DNA of 64,000 nt, taken from NCBI GenBank assembly GCA_902462295.1, contig CABQAZ010000002.1, positions 66,151 to 130,150 of the forward strand. Reading direction: 5' to 3'. The translations under genes and the position numbers were made by a program. Each line of letters starts with the position of its first letter. Position 1 is the first letter of the stretch. The notes beneath the pieces are model-generated. The model had not been told where the DNA came from and did no database searches. It saw nothing but the letters and a program-made list of their open reading frames with translations. Origin of the DNA: an uncultured Clostridium sp. (GTDB lineage: Bacteria > Bacillota > Clostridia > TANB77 > CAG-508). Shown here one piece after another: positions 52,849 to 62,032 of this stretch.

Positions 52849-53895
52849 TTAAAGAGAATTTAATTCAACAATTTCCACATTTGTATAAAAATGTTTGATT
52901 ATGTCTTCATAATTTGAACCAGATTTAGCTAATGCATCTGCTCCAGTTTGACTCATTCCTACTCCATGCCCATAACCTATTACTGAAAATGTTACATTAT
53001 CCCCATCTAAGGAAACAGTAAAATTTGTAGATTTTAATCCTAATATTGTTCTTGCTTCTGTCCCTGCAATCTCTTTATTTCCAAATTTAATCGTTTTTAC
53101 TCTTCCACTTGTCGTGTATTCTAATATTTTAACACTATCTTCTTGTGAATAATCTATCTCGCAATCTGAATATTTTTCTTTTATTTTATCTAATAATTCT
53201 TGCTTGGTAAATTGTACTTGAGAACTATATTGTGTGTAACCCTCTTCTCCTGATGTTTCTACAGATTTTAAATATGGATAATCTATTCCTCCCCATATAT
53301 TTATAGAGCTTTCTGTTATTCCTCCACTATTGGAATGAAAAAAAGCATTTATTGGTTCTTTATTATATGTAATAATTTTTCCACTTGTTGAATTAACAGC
53401 TTCTGTTATTTTGTTCCAATTTTTTTCTCTTTCTTCTTCATTCCATTTTGCTAATCTATCTTCTTTGCTTATCCATGCTTGACAACATGCATAATTATCA
53501 CATATATCCGCATTTTCATGTTTGCTAGAATTGTGAATTGTTTGATAAATTGTATATGTTCTTGCAACTACCGCTTGAGCTTTTAATGCTTCTAATTCAT
53601 AGCTTGCTGGCATTTCACTCGAAACAACACCATATAAATATTCATCTAAATCAATTTCTTCAACTTCACCTGTTGTTGTATGTAATAATCTTATTATTTT
53701 TGAATTTGATTTTTCTTGCGTTGTATTTGCTTCTTGAGATACATTATTATCTTCTTGTATTTGTTCAACATTTTTATTATCATTAATTGTTTCTACAACA
53801 TTATCTTGATTTTTTCTTGGATTTGCAGTACAAATTGCAGGTGCTATAAAAAAAATTATAACAAATCCAAGGAAATACAATAAAAACTTTTTCAT
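52849..53895 (-). CDS. spoIID: Stage II sporulation protein D (lytic transglycosylase)
   Basis: SpoIID/LytB domain (AVVARTY...YxACCQAW...HSNSGG). Start at MKKFLLY, which has AAAGGAG. Confidence 0.8.
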   Translation of the reverse strand: MKKFLLYFLGFVIIFFIAPAICTANPRKNQDNVVETINDNKNVEQIQEDNNVSQEANTTQEKSNSKIIRLLHTTTGEVEEIDLDEYLYGVVSSEMPASYELEALKAQAVVARTYTIYQTIHNSSKHENADICDNYACCQAWISKEDRLAKWNEEEREKNWNKITEAVNSTSGKIITYNKEPINAFFHSNSGGITESSINIWGGIDYPYLKSVETSGEEGYTQYSSQVQFTKQELLDKIKEKYSDCEIDYSQEDSVKILEYTTSGRVKTIKFGNKEIAGTEARTILGLKSTNFTVSLDGDNVTFSVIGYGHGVGMSQTGADALAKSGSNYEDIIKHFYTNVEIVELNSL

Positions 53896-53925
53896 TTTGA
53901 CTCCTTTTTGCTTAATCAATATTTA

Positions 53926-54654
53926 TTAACTAATAAGTTTCTTTTTCATTTTTTCTAATACTTTTCTTTCGATTCTGGAAACTTGAACTTGTGTAATTCC
54001 TAAAATTTTAGAAACTTGCATTTGAGTCTTTTGCTTGTAATATCTAAGCATTATTATCTCTTTTTCTTTATCATCTAATTCATTTATTAAATTCTTTATA
54101 GTTATTCTATTTGTAATTTCTGTTTGCTCATCTTTTCCTGTTGAAATTTGCTCCAAAATACTTACAGTTTTATCTGTTTTATTATCTGTATATTTTGCAC
54201 TTTCTATTGAATCAACTGGTTTCGTTGAATCTAATGCCATTGTTATTTCTTCTTTTGAAATTCTAAGTTCTTTTGAAATCTCTTCTAATGTTATATCTCT
54301 TCCATATTTATTTAAATATTCTTTTTGTAATTCCATTATTTTTACATTTAATTCTTTAATACTTCTACTTACTTTTATTGGTCCATCATCTCTTATATAT
54401 CTTTTTATTTCTCCTAAAATGTATGGTACTGCATATGTTGAAAGTCGAACTTCAAAACTTGTGTCAAATCTTTGTATAGCTTTTATAAAACCTATACTTC
54501 CAATTTGATATAAATCTTCTATATCATATCCTCTTCCATTAAATCTTCGAACAATACTCCAAATAAGTCCATTATTGTCTTCTATCAATTTTGTCATATC
54601 TTCTTGGCTACCATTTTGAGCTTTTTCGATGATTTTCATATCATTCTCATACAC
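53926..54654 (-). CDS. sigF: Sporulation sigma factor SigF
   Basis: Sigma-70 regions 2-4 (LIWSIVRRF, YAVPYILGEIKRY). GTG start overlapping the spoIIAB stop (TAGTG). Confidence 0.85.
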   Translation of the reverse strand: MYENDMKIIEKAQNGSQEDMTKLIEDNNGLIWSIVRRFNGRGYDIEDLYQIGSIGFIKAIQRFDTSFEVRLSTYAVPYILGEIKRYIRDDGPIKVSRSIKELNVKIMELQKEYLNKYGRDITLEEISKELRISKEEITMALDSTKPVDSIESAKYTDNKTDKTVSILEQISTGKDEQTEITNRITIKNLINELDDKEKEIIMLRYYKQKTQMQVSKILGITQVQVSRIERKVLEKMKKKLIS

Positions 54655-55151
54655 TATTCATCTCCCCTTATTGTACTATCTCCCATTATTGTTGCAACTG
54701 CAAAGTTTTCTTCTTTGTTTGAACTTTTTATTTTTTTATTCATGGTAACTTTTGTTCCTAGTCCTAGTACAGATTCGACTTCAACATTATCCATAAAACT
54801 TTCCATTATTGTAAATCCCATTCCAGACCTTTCCATATTTGCTTTTGTTGTGTATAAAGGCTGTTTAGCTATTTCTACATTTTCAATTCCTTTTCCAGAA
54901 TCAGAAATTTCTATAAATATTTCGTTTTCTCTAATTTTACAAATTAGTTTTACTATACCTAATTGTTCTTCATATCCATGTATTATTGAATTTGTAACAG
55001 CTTCTGAAACGGCTGTCTTTATATCAGCAATTTCTTCAAGTGTTGGGTCTAATTGTGCTACAAATGCTGCAACAGATATCCTAGCAAATGCTTCATTATT
55101 TGATTTACTTAAAAATTCTATTTTCATTTCATTATCATATGTGTTGCTCAT
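54654..55151 (-). CDS. spoIIAB: Anti-sigma F factor (serine kinase)
   Basis: GHKL ATPase blocks ([11 protein letters not shown]..., [11 protein letters not shown], GxGxGF). RBS AAGGAGGTG. Confidence 0.85.
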   Translation of the reverse strand: MSNTYDNEMKIEFLSKSNNEAFARISVAAFVAQLDPTLEEIADIKTAVSEAVTNSIIHGYEEQLGIVKLICKIRENEIFIEISDSGKGIENVEIAKQPLYTTKANMERSGMGFTIMESFMDNVEVESVLGLGTKVTMNKKIKSSNKEENFAVATIMGDSTIRGDE

Positions 55152-55152
55152 A

Positions 55153-55506
55153 TTACACCTCCTTAAAAACCTTTTGTGCTTTTTTTTCTTTTGTAGAATA
55201 TTGAATTTCTGGAATTATTTTTAGTATTCCACTCATTTCAAATATTTTTCTTACTGGCGTTGTTAAATTTGTAACTTCAACTTTTCCTCCTAACATATTT
55301 GCTAGTTTATATCTTCCTAATATTAATCCTATTCCTGCACTGTCCATAAAAGAAACTTTATTAAAATCAAATATAACTTCTTTAGGCATGTATCTTTCAA
55401 TTTCATTGTCTAATCTCCTCCTTATCTTTTGCACTACACATTCATCTATATCTTCATTTATTTCGAAGATTAACTGCTTGTCTTCTTTTTGATAAAAACT
55501 TTCCAT
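55153..55506 (-). CDS. spoIIAA: Anti-sigma F factor antagonist (STAS domain)
   Basis: [12 protein letters not shown] phospho-Ser motif. Start at [10 protein letters not shown], which has GGAAGGAGAG. ORF-track start 55536 is less supported. Confidence 0.8.
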   Translation of the reverse strand: MESFYQKEDKQLIFEINEDIDECVVQKIRRRLDNEIERYMPKEVIFDFNKVSFMDSAGIGLILGRYKLANMLGGKVEVTNLTTPVRKIFEMSGILKIIPEIQYSTKEKKAQKVFKEV

Positions 55507-55667
55507 AAACTCTCCTTCCCTTATTTTCATTTGCAATATTTATTCTTCATTTTTGATACAGCCATTATATATCTATTTCCATATTTTTCCAAGATTAAAA
55601 AATAAGAAGTTTTGTCGAATCTCAAAAACTTTTCGACAAACTTCTTAAATCTTTTATTTGTTTTATT

Positions 55668-56105
55668 CTATCTTTCTATAACAAGAGTAACCGGTCCATC
55701 ATTTAATAATTGGACTTTCATATCTGCACCAAAAATCCCCTTTTGAACCTCAATTCCTTTTTTAGCACACTCGTTACAAAAATATTCATATAATGGAATT
55801 GCATCTTCCGGTCTTGCAGAATCTGTAAAACTTGGTCTATTTCCATCATTACAATTTCCATATAAAGTAAATTGTGAAACTATTAATAATTGTCCACTTA
55901 CATCTTTTAATGATAAATTCATTTTACCATTTTCATCTGAAAAAACTCTCAAATTACACACCTTTTTTACTAAATAATCAGCTTGTTCTTTTGTATCTCC
56001 TACTTTAATTCCAATTAATACAAGAAAGCCTTTATCTATTTCGCCTACTATTTTTCCATCAACTTCCACACTTGCATATTTCACTCTTTGCACTACTAAT
56101 TTCAT
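55668..56105 (-). CDS. dtd: D-aminoacyl-tRNA deacylase
   Basis: 145 aa. MKLVVQRV..., SQFTL, NxGPVT motifs. Confidence 0.9.
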   Translation of the reverse strand: MKLVVQRVKYASVEVDGKIVGEIDKGFLVLIGIKVGDTKEQADYLVKKVCNLRVFSDENGKMNLSLKDVSGQLLIVSQFTLYGNCNDGNRPSFTDSARPEDAIPLYEYFCNECAKKGIEVQKGIFGADMKVQLLNDGPVTLVIER

Positions 56106-56192
56106 ATCAATCTTTCTCCATTCTAAATCTAATTTTAAACAACAAATGCCCCTTAAAATAGGGACACTTGTTTATTTTATATCTATTTTTTC

Positions 56193-56786
56193 TTACTGAT
56201 TTTCTTGTTTTGCTTCTTCTTGTGTTTCTACAGACATTACTTCTGTAACTCTCTCAACAGTATTTTCTTGTTCATCTTTAACTTCTGAATTTTCATTTTC
56301 TTGAGACCCCTCTGAATTGTCTGAACTTTCTAAATTATCTGAATCTTCAGAATTATCTTCTTGTGTTTCAGTATTTGGTTCATTTTCCATACCTACAACT
56401 TCAGCTTCTTTTACTTCTATTTCTGGTTGTTTTGCCCCACATTTTGAACAAAATGTAGCATCTAATTCAATTTCAGCATGGCAATTTTCACATTGTTTTT
56501 TTTCTTTTAATTCTAATATAGATTTTAAACATGTTTCAATTTCTGCTGACAATACATCAATTTTTGTACATTCTTCTTCTAGTTCTGTTTTTATATCTAT
56601 ATTCTCTTCTCTAACATGTTTCTCATAAACTTTTTTACCAATCTCTTTATATATATCTTTAATGTCTGATTTATTTTCATTAATTTTCATTTTTAGCTTT
56701 GCTTCCTTAGCTATTTTTCCAGTCTTCTCTGCTGTTGCATCATATGCAGCACTAGCCTTTTTTCCTAAATTATCAAAAAATCCCAT
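56193..56786 (-). CDS. Zinc-ribbon domain protein with acidic C-terminal tail
   Basis: CENCHAEIELDATFCSKCG zinc ribbon. Start at MGFFDN, which has GAGGGAGGAAC. Confidence 0.5.
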   Translation of the reverse strand: MGFFDNLGKKASAAYDATAEKTGKIAKEAKLKMKINENKSDIKDIYKEIGKKVYEKHVREENIDIKTELEEECTKIDVLSAEIETCLKSILELKEKKQCENCHAEIELDATFCSKCGAKQPEIEVKEAEVVGMENEPNTETQEDNSEDSDNLESSDNSEGSQENENSEVKDEQENTVERVTEVMSVETQEEAKQENQ

Positions 56787-56854
56787 TTTTTGTTCCTCCC
56801 TCAAATATTTATATTTCAATATTTCTATTTTTAACAATTTGTTTAATTATTATT

Positions 56855-57841
56855 CTAATCCTCACTTTTTCTACTTCTGTTCATTAGCATATCCACAGCT
56901 TCATTTGGTTTTAGACCTTTGTATAAAATACCATAAACAGCTTCAACTATAGGCATTTCTATATTATGCAATTTTCCTAATTCATATGCAACTTCTATAT
57001 TGTCTATACTTTCGATTGTCATTCCTACTTCTTTTTTAGTTTCTTCTAAACTTAATCCTTGTCCAATTAATTTACCAGCTTTTCTATTTCTACTATGTTC
57101 ACTTAAACATGTAACAATTAAATCACCAAGTCCACTTAAACCATATAATGTATCTTTTTGCCCTCCAAGAGCAACTCCAAGCCTTGAAAGTTCAGATAAT
57201 CCTCTTGTTATTAATGCTGCAAATGTATTATCTCCTAAACCAATTCCAGCCGCAACACCTGCACAAAACGCTATTATGTTTTTTAATGCTCCTCCAAGTT
57301 CCACACCTTTTACATCTCTTGAAGTATATATTCTCATTTTGTTAGATATAAATGTATCTTGAACTAGTTTTAGAACAGAATCATATTTTGATGCAACAAC
57401 CAAAACAGTTGGTATTGCAACAGAAACTTCTTCTGCATGGCTTGGTCCAGACAATACTGCTATTTTTGAATTTGGCATTTCTTCTTGAATAACCTCATCA
57501 AGTGTTAGCATACTATCTTTTTCAAAACCTTTTGAGCAAATTACAATCGGCTGATTTGTTACATATTGTTTATATTCTTTAACAATATTCCTTGTAAATT
57601 TTGATGGTGTAACATGTATTATAAACTCAGACCCATTAATTGCTTCTTCATATGATGTTGTACATTGTATACCATCTGGTATTACTACATTAGGTAAAAA
57701 TTTGCATTTCTTTTCATTATTTATTAAATCTTTTTCTTCTTCTGAAAATGACCAAATTTTTATTTTATTTCCTAATTTTGCTAGATGAATTGCAAGTGCA
57801 ACTCCCCAACTTCCACTTCCTATTATAGCTATATTTCTCAT
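56855..57841 (-). CDS. gpsA: NAD(P)H-dependent glycerol-3-phosphate dehydrogenase
   Basis: MRNIAIIGSGSWGVALA Rossmann motif. 328 aa. Confidence 0.9.
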   Translation of the reverse strand: MRNIAIIGSGSWGVALAIHLAKLGNKIKIWSFSEEEKDLINNEKKCKFLPNVVIPDGIQCTTSYEEAINGSEFIIHVTPSKFTRNIVKEYKQYVTNQPIVICSKGFEKDSMLTLDEVIQEEMPNSKIAVLSGPSHAEEVSVAIPTVLVVASKYDSVLKLVQDTFISNKMRIYTSRDVKGVELGGALKNIIAFCAGVAAGIGLGDNTFAALITRGLSELSRLGVALGGQKDTLYGLSGLGDLIVTCLSEHSRNRKAGKLIGQGLSLEETKKEVGMTIESIDNIEVAYELGKLHNIEMPIVEAVYGILYKGLKPNEAVDMLMNRSRKSED

Positions 57842-57866
57842 CTTTTTCTTCCTTTCGTATTTCTAT

Positions 57867-58496
57867 TTAATTTTTAAAACTAATTTTATTCTCTGTTCCA
57901 TTTAAAATTCTTTTTATATTACTTCTATGATTAAACGCAACAATCAATGCCAAAATCACACTATAAACAAAATATTTACTTCCATCTGATACTGTATAAT
58001 TTGTATTAATAAATATTGTTAATACTGGAAATAAAATTGCTGCACCCATAGAACCCATTGAAACCATTCTTGTTAATACTATTAAAACTAAAGCAAAAAC
58101 TAAACAAATTAAACCTATTTTCCAATTAGTCATTAACAACACTCCAAGAGATGTTGCTACACCTTTTCCTCCTTTAAATCCAAAAAATACTGGAAAAGTA
58201 TGTCCTACAACTACAAGAATTCCTGCTATTTGTACTAATAATGATTTATCAGAATTTTTTGAAATTACTCCAACTAGAATTGCAAATAATATTGCAACTA
58301 CCCCTTTTAATGCATCACATAACAAAGTTAACACCGCTGCTTTTTTTCCAACAGCTCTTAACATATTCGTTGCACCTGCATTTCCACTTCCTTTTTCTCT
58401 TACATCAAATCCTGCCATTTTTTTACTTATCAATACTGAAAAACTTATGCTTCCTATTAAATAAGCAACTATTCCTACTATTATATATGTTGCCAT
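57867..58496 (-). CDS. plsY: Glycerol-3-phosphate acyltransferase PlsY
   Basis: 209 aa. SGNAGATN motif, 5 TM. RBS AAAGGAG. Confidence 0.9.
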   Translation of the reverse strand: MATYIIVGIVAYLIGSISFSVLISKKMAGFDVREKGSGNAGATNMLRAVGKKAAVLTLLCDALKGVVAILFAILVGVISKNSDKSLLVQIAGILVVVGHTFPVFFGFKGGKGVATSLGVLLMTNWKIGLICLVFALVLIVLTRMVSMGSMGAAILFPVLTIFINTNYTVSDGSKYFVYSVILALIVAFNHRSNIKRILNGTENKISFKN

Positions 58497-58516
58497 ATCT
58501 ATCTACTCCTTTCTTT

Positions 58517-58598
58517 TGCACCTTTGGAACCGGGTATTTTAGGTTCCTTTTTTATTTTTCCCCTCTGGGACCGGGTATTTTAAGTCCCATTTTTGCAC
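58517..58598. repeat. Palindromic-repeat family, copy 4: two half-units in direct orientation, each forming its own short hairpin
   Basis: TGCACCTTTGGAACCGGGTATTTTAGGTTCC ... CCTCTGGGACCGGGTATTTTAAGTCCC ... TTTTTGCACA, between der and plsY. Confidence 0.8.
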
Positions 58599-58605
58599 AC
58601 TTTAA

Positions 58606-59928
58606 CTATTTATCTGCTTTTTCTCTTGCAATTATTCTGATTGGTGTCCCCTCTAATCCGAATTCTCTCCTTATTTGATTCACCAAATACCTCTCATATG
58701 AAAAATGGAATAATTGTTTACTGTTTACAAATATTACAAATGTTGGTGGTTTTGTACTTACTTGTGTACCATATAATATTTTTAGACGTCTACCTTTATC
58801 TGTTGGTGGTTGAACAACTGCTATTGCTTCATTTATTACCTGATTTAATACAGATGTTGATATTCTCATTGCATTTTGTTCTGCTACATTATTTATCATT
58901 GTAAATAGTTTGTCCACTCTCTGCCCTGTTTTTGCTGATATGAAGATTATTGGTGCATATGATAAATATGATAATTTGTTGTATACTTCTTTTCTATATT
59001 TTTCTAATGTTCCTGTTTCTTTTTCATATTCATCCCATTTGTTTACAACAATAATTATTCCTTTTCCCGCTTCATGTGCTTCTCCTGCTATTTTTGCATC
59101 TTGGTCTGTTACTCCCTCTAGTGCGTCTATCATCATTAAACATACATCTGCTCTTTCTATTGCAAGTAGTGTTCTCATTATACTAAATTTCTCTATTGAT
59201 TCTGTTACTTTACTTTTTCTTCTAATTCCTGCTGTATCTATTAATACATATTTACCATATTTATTTTCGTATTCAGTGTCTATTGCATCTCTTGTAGTTC
59301 CTGCTATTGAACTTACTATTGTTCTATTTTCTCCTAATATTTTATTTATTAATGAAGACTTTCCTACATTTGGTTTTCCTATAACTGCAACTTTTATTCT
59401 GTCGTCTTCATCTTCTCCATCTTTCTTTTCTGGAAATTTTTCATATATTGCATCTAATACATCGCCTATTCCTAAAGCATTTGCTGCTGATATAGGATAT
59501 GGCTCTCCTATTCCTAAATTGTAAAATTCATAAATTTCATTTTTATCTTTGCTCATATTATCAGCTTTGTTACATACTAATACTACTGGCTTCTTAGATT
59601 TTTTTATCATTAATGCTATTTCTTGGTCTACAGCAGTTACTCCTTGTCTTATGTCTGTTAAAAATATTATTACATCTGCTATTTCTATTGCTATATGTGC
59701 TTGCTCTCTCATTTGAGATATTATAATATCATCTGATTCTGGCTCAATTCCTGCTGTATCTACTACTGTAAAGCTTCTTCCTCTCCAATTAGTTTCCGCA
59801 TATACTCTATCTCTTGTTACACCTGGTGTGTCTTCAACTATTGATATTCTGCTTCCTACTATATAATTGAAAAATGTCGATTTTCCTACATTTGGTTTTC
59901 CTATAATTGCTACTGTTGGTTTTCCCAT
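58606..59928 (-). CDS. der: Ribosome-biogenesis GTPase Der (EngA) with two GTPase domains + KH-like C-terminus
   Basis: GKPNVGKS twice, DTAGI/DTPG motifs. Confidence 0.9.
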   Translation of the reverse strand: MGKPTVAIIGKPNVGKSTFFNYIVGSRISIVEDTPGVTRDRVYAETNWRGRSFTVVDTAGIEPESDDIIISQMREQAHIAIEIADVIIFLTDIRQGVTAVDQEIALMIKKSKKPVVLVCNKADNMSKDKNEIYEFYNLGIGEPYPISAANALGIGDVLDAIYEKFPEKKDGEDEDDRIKVAVIGKPNVGKSSLINKILGENRTIVSSIAGTTRDAIDTEYENKYGKYVLIDTAGIRRKSKVTESIEKFSIMRTLLAIERADVCLMMIDALEGVTDQDAKIAGEAHEAGKGIIIVVNKWDEYEKETGTLEKYRKEVYNKLSYLSYAPIIFISAKTGQRVDKLFTMINNVAEQNAMRISTSVLNQVINEAIAVVQPPTDKGRRLKILYGTQVSTKPPTFVIFVNSKQLFHFSYERYLVNQIRREFGLEGTPIRIIAREKADK

Positions 59929-59973
59929 CTCGTCCCCTGCCTTTCTCTTTTTTTCAGTTATATTTTACTATTT

Positions 59974-60606
59974 TCATCGCAAAATATCAAGAGTTTTGCT
60001 ATTTTTTCTTTTAAACTGACCAATAATTACCCATAAAAATATACAAATTAAAAATATTGCAATATTTTTAAAATAATATACAGCAATACTACTAATTATG
60101 GTTAAGATGGTTATTGTTATAAATGAAATTTTTCCTATTATATAGTCTGATTTTTCTTTTCCTAATTCTATGTATATAAGACTTTTTATTATTCTTCCAC
60201 CATCTAATGGATATAATGGAATTAAATTAAAAATTAATATCAGTATGTTTGAGTAAACTACTTCTTGCATTGAAATATTGGGAATATCTATATATGTAAA
60301 TACTATTGCCAATATAAAACTAGTAATTGGTCCTGCCAACGCAATAGCTATTTTTTTTAATTCTATAATATTTCCGTTTTTTATTTTTTTATTAAAATCT
60401 AGAGTATTTGCTTTAAATGATGATGATAATCCACATGGCATAATCTCTATTTTTTCTAATTTCATTTTTAATAGTAATCCAGCAATAATATGTCCCATTT
60501 CATGTAACAAACAAAAAAACATAATCATTAAATATATTTTTAATTGATTAGTAAAATAAAATATAGCAAGAAAAATAACAATTTTTAAATCTATTCTTAC
60601 TTTCAA
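59974..60606 (-). CDS. Site-2 protease family (M50) intramembrane metalloprotease, SpoIVFB-like
   Basis: HEMGH and LDGG motifs. TTG start with AAGGAGG 6 nt upstream. 210 aa, multi-TM. Confidence 0.65.
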   Translation of the reverse strand: MKVRIDLKIVIFLAIFYFTNQLKIYLMIMFFCLLHEMGHIIAGLLLKMKLEKIEIMPCGLSSSFKANTLDFNKKIKNGNIIELKKIAIALAGPITSFILAIVFTYIDIPNISMQEVVYSNILILIFNLIPLYPLDGGRIIKSLIYIELGKEKSDYIIGKISFITITILTIISSIAVYYFKNIAIFLICIFLWVIIGQFKRKNSKTLDILR

Positions 60607-60617
60607 TTTTTCCTCCT

Positions 60618-61517
60618 TTATAATTCTAATATTAATTGTGGATTTACATATCTATCTTGATATCTTACTTCAAAATGCAAATGTGGTCCTGTCGTATTTC
60701 CTGTTGAACCAACTTCAGCAATCTCTTGTCCTTGTTTTACTTGGTCTCCCTCATTTACATATAATTTATTACAATGTGCATATACTATAATTACATCATT
60801 TGTTTGAATCTTTAAATGATTACCATAATCACCTGTCGAAGAAGATAGTACTACAGTTCCGTCTGTTGCAGAAATAATTTTTGTTCCTGTTTCCACCGCA
60901 ATATCTGTTCCTGTATGATTTTTGGGAACTGTAGCTGTAGTAGGATTTCTTAACCCGAATCCTGAACTTATTTTTCCATTAACAGGTTTTATAAAACTTA
61001 TTGTACTTTTTATATAATTTGCATCTTGTTCCATTTGAGATAATTTTTCAGTTTGCTCTTGTATTTCCTCTGTTACTGGAACTTCTTCTTGATTCTGTGT
61101 TTCTTCTGTTAATATCTCTTCTGCTCCTCCTATATTTTCTTCATTATTTTTTACTTCTTCATTTGTTTCATTTTCTATATTTTCACTTTTATTTAACTGA
61201 TTATATATTTCTTTTAATTTACCTGACATTACATTATATATTTGTGAAAAATTAATATCTTGTGATAATATTTCTTTTGCCTTATTTGAAAAATCATTAG
61301 AAAATATGTAGTTATTATTAACTATAAGATAAAAAATCCCGTATATTAGCAAACATATTATAATCTGTCTTATCATCTTTTTTATTAATTTAATGTTCTT
61401 TTTTTCTTTTTGTGGATTTTTCATAATTTCTCTCATCGGAATGTCTTGTTCTCTTCTTTTATAATAAATCTCTTCTGCTCTTCTTATTTTATCTTCCACA
61501 GACATAGCTCTTTCCAT
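60618..61517 (-). CDS. Membrane-anchored M23/LytM peptidase (SpoIVFA-like position upstream of the S2P gene) with intact HxxxD/HxH motifs
   Basis: NHTGTDIAV ... GPHLHFE. N-terminal TM and acidic coiled-coil linker. Confidence 0.6.
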   Translation of the reverse strand: MERAMSVEDKIRRAEEIYYKRREQDIPMREIMKNPQKEKKNIKLIKKMIRQIIICLLIYGIFYLIVNNNYIFSNDFSNKAKEILSQDINFSQIYNVMSGKLKEIYNQLNKSENIENETNEEVKNNEENIGGAEEILTEETQNQEEVPVTEEIQEQTEKLSQMEQDANYIKSTISFIKPVNGKISSGFGLRNPTTATVPKNHTGTDIAVETGTKIISATDGTVVLSSSTGDYGNHLKIQTNDVIIVYAHCNKLYVNEGDQVKQGQEIAEVGSTGNTTGPHLHFEVRYQDRYVNPQLILEL

Positions 61518-61602
61518 ATTATCCTCTTTTCTTTATAATAATTAAAACACTTTATTTAATGCATTTACTAATGTTTATGCATTTATAAAGTGTTTTATGT
61601 TA

Positions 61603-61944
61603 TTATATGAGATTAATTATTAAACTGATTATAAAAAGTATTGTTACACTAAGACTATAGCCTTTTATTCTTTTATATTTTAGCATTATGTCTTTATCTT
61701 CTTTTTTTGTCTTCTTATTATTTTCTATTTTATTGATATAATCTGTTACAAGCATTTCAGCTTCTTTTAAAATATAATCTTTAGACCTCGATTGAATTTC
61801 TGCTGAATTAATTTTATTACCTTTTTCTATAAATTCTTTTTCTCTAACTTTTTGATTTTCTTTAAAAATTATTATAGCTTCTTCTACCATATTTGATGGA
61901 AGATTTTTAAGTACTACCATGTTTTTCATATCGCTTGATTCCAT
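61603..61944 (-). CDS. Hypothetical protein with C-terminal TM anchor
   Basis: 113 aa. RBS AAAGGAGTGATATA. Confidence 0.4.
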   Translation of the reverse strand: MESSDMKNMVVLKNLPSNMVEEAIIIFKENQKVREKEFIEKGNKINSAEIQSRSKDYILKEAEMLVTDYINKIENNKKTKKEDKDIMLKYKRIKGYSLSVTILFIISLIINLI

Positions 61945-62032
61945 TATATCACTCCTTTGGAAAATATTCTATTTTAATTTTTTCCACTTTGATTTATTTT
62001 ATACAATATTTCAGTTTATTATTTATATAATT

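Noticed and set aside
55153-55536. Longer spoIIAA start at 55536 (MQMKIREGEF...)
   Set aside because: There is no SD in front of that ATG, whereas the internal ATG (MESF...) has GGAAGGAGAG at ideal spacing and gives a typical about 117-aa STAS protein.
47115-58678. ORFs 47115..47342(+), 49576..49899(-), 51615..51857(-), 58241..58678(+) sharing the peptide ...SGTGYFR... / ...KIPGPR...
   Set aside because: They are translations across the palindromic intergenic repeat copies, not genes.
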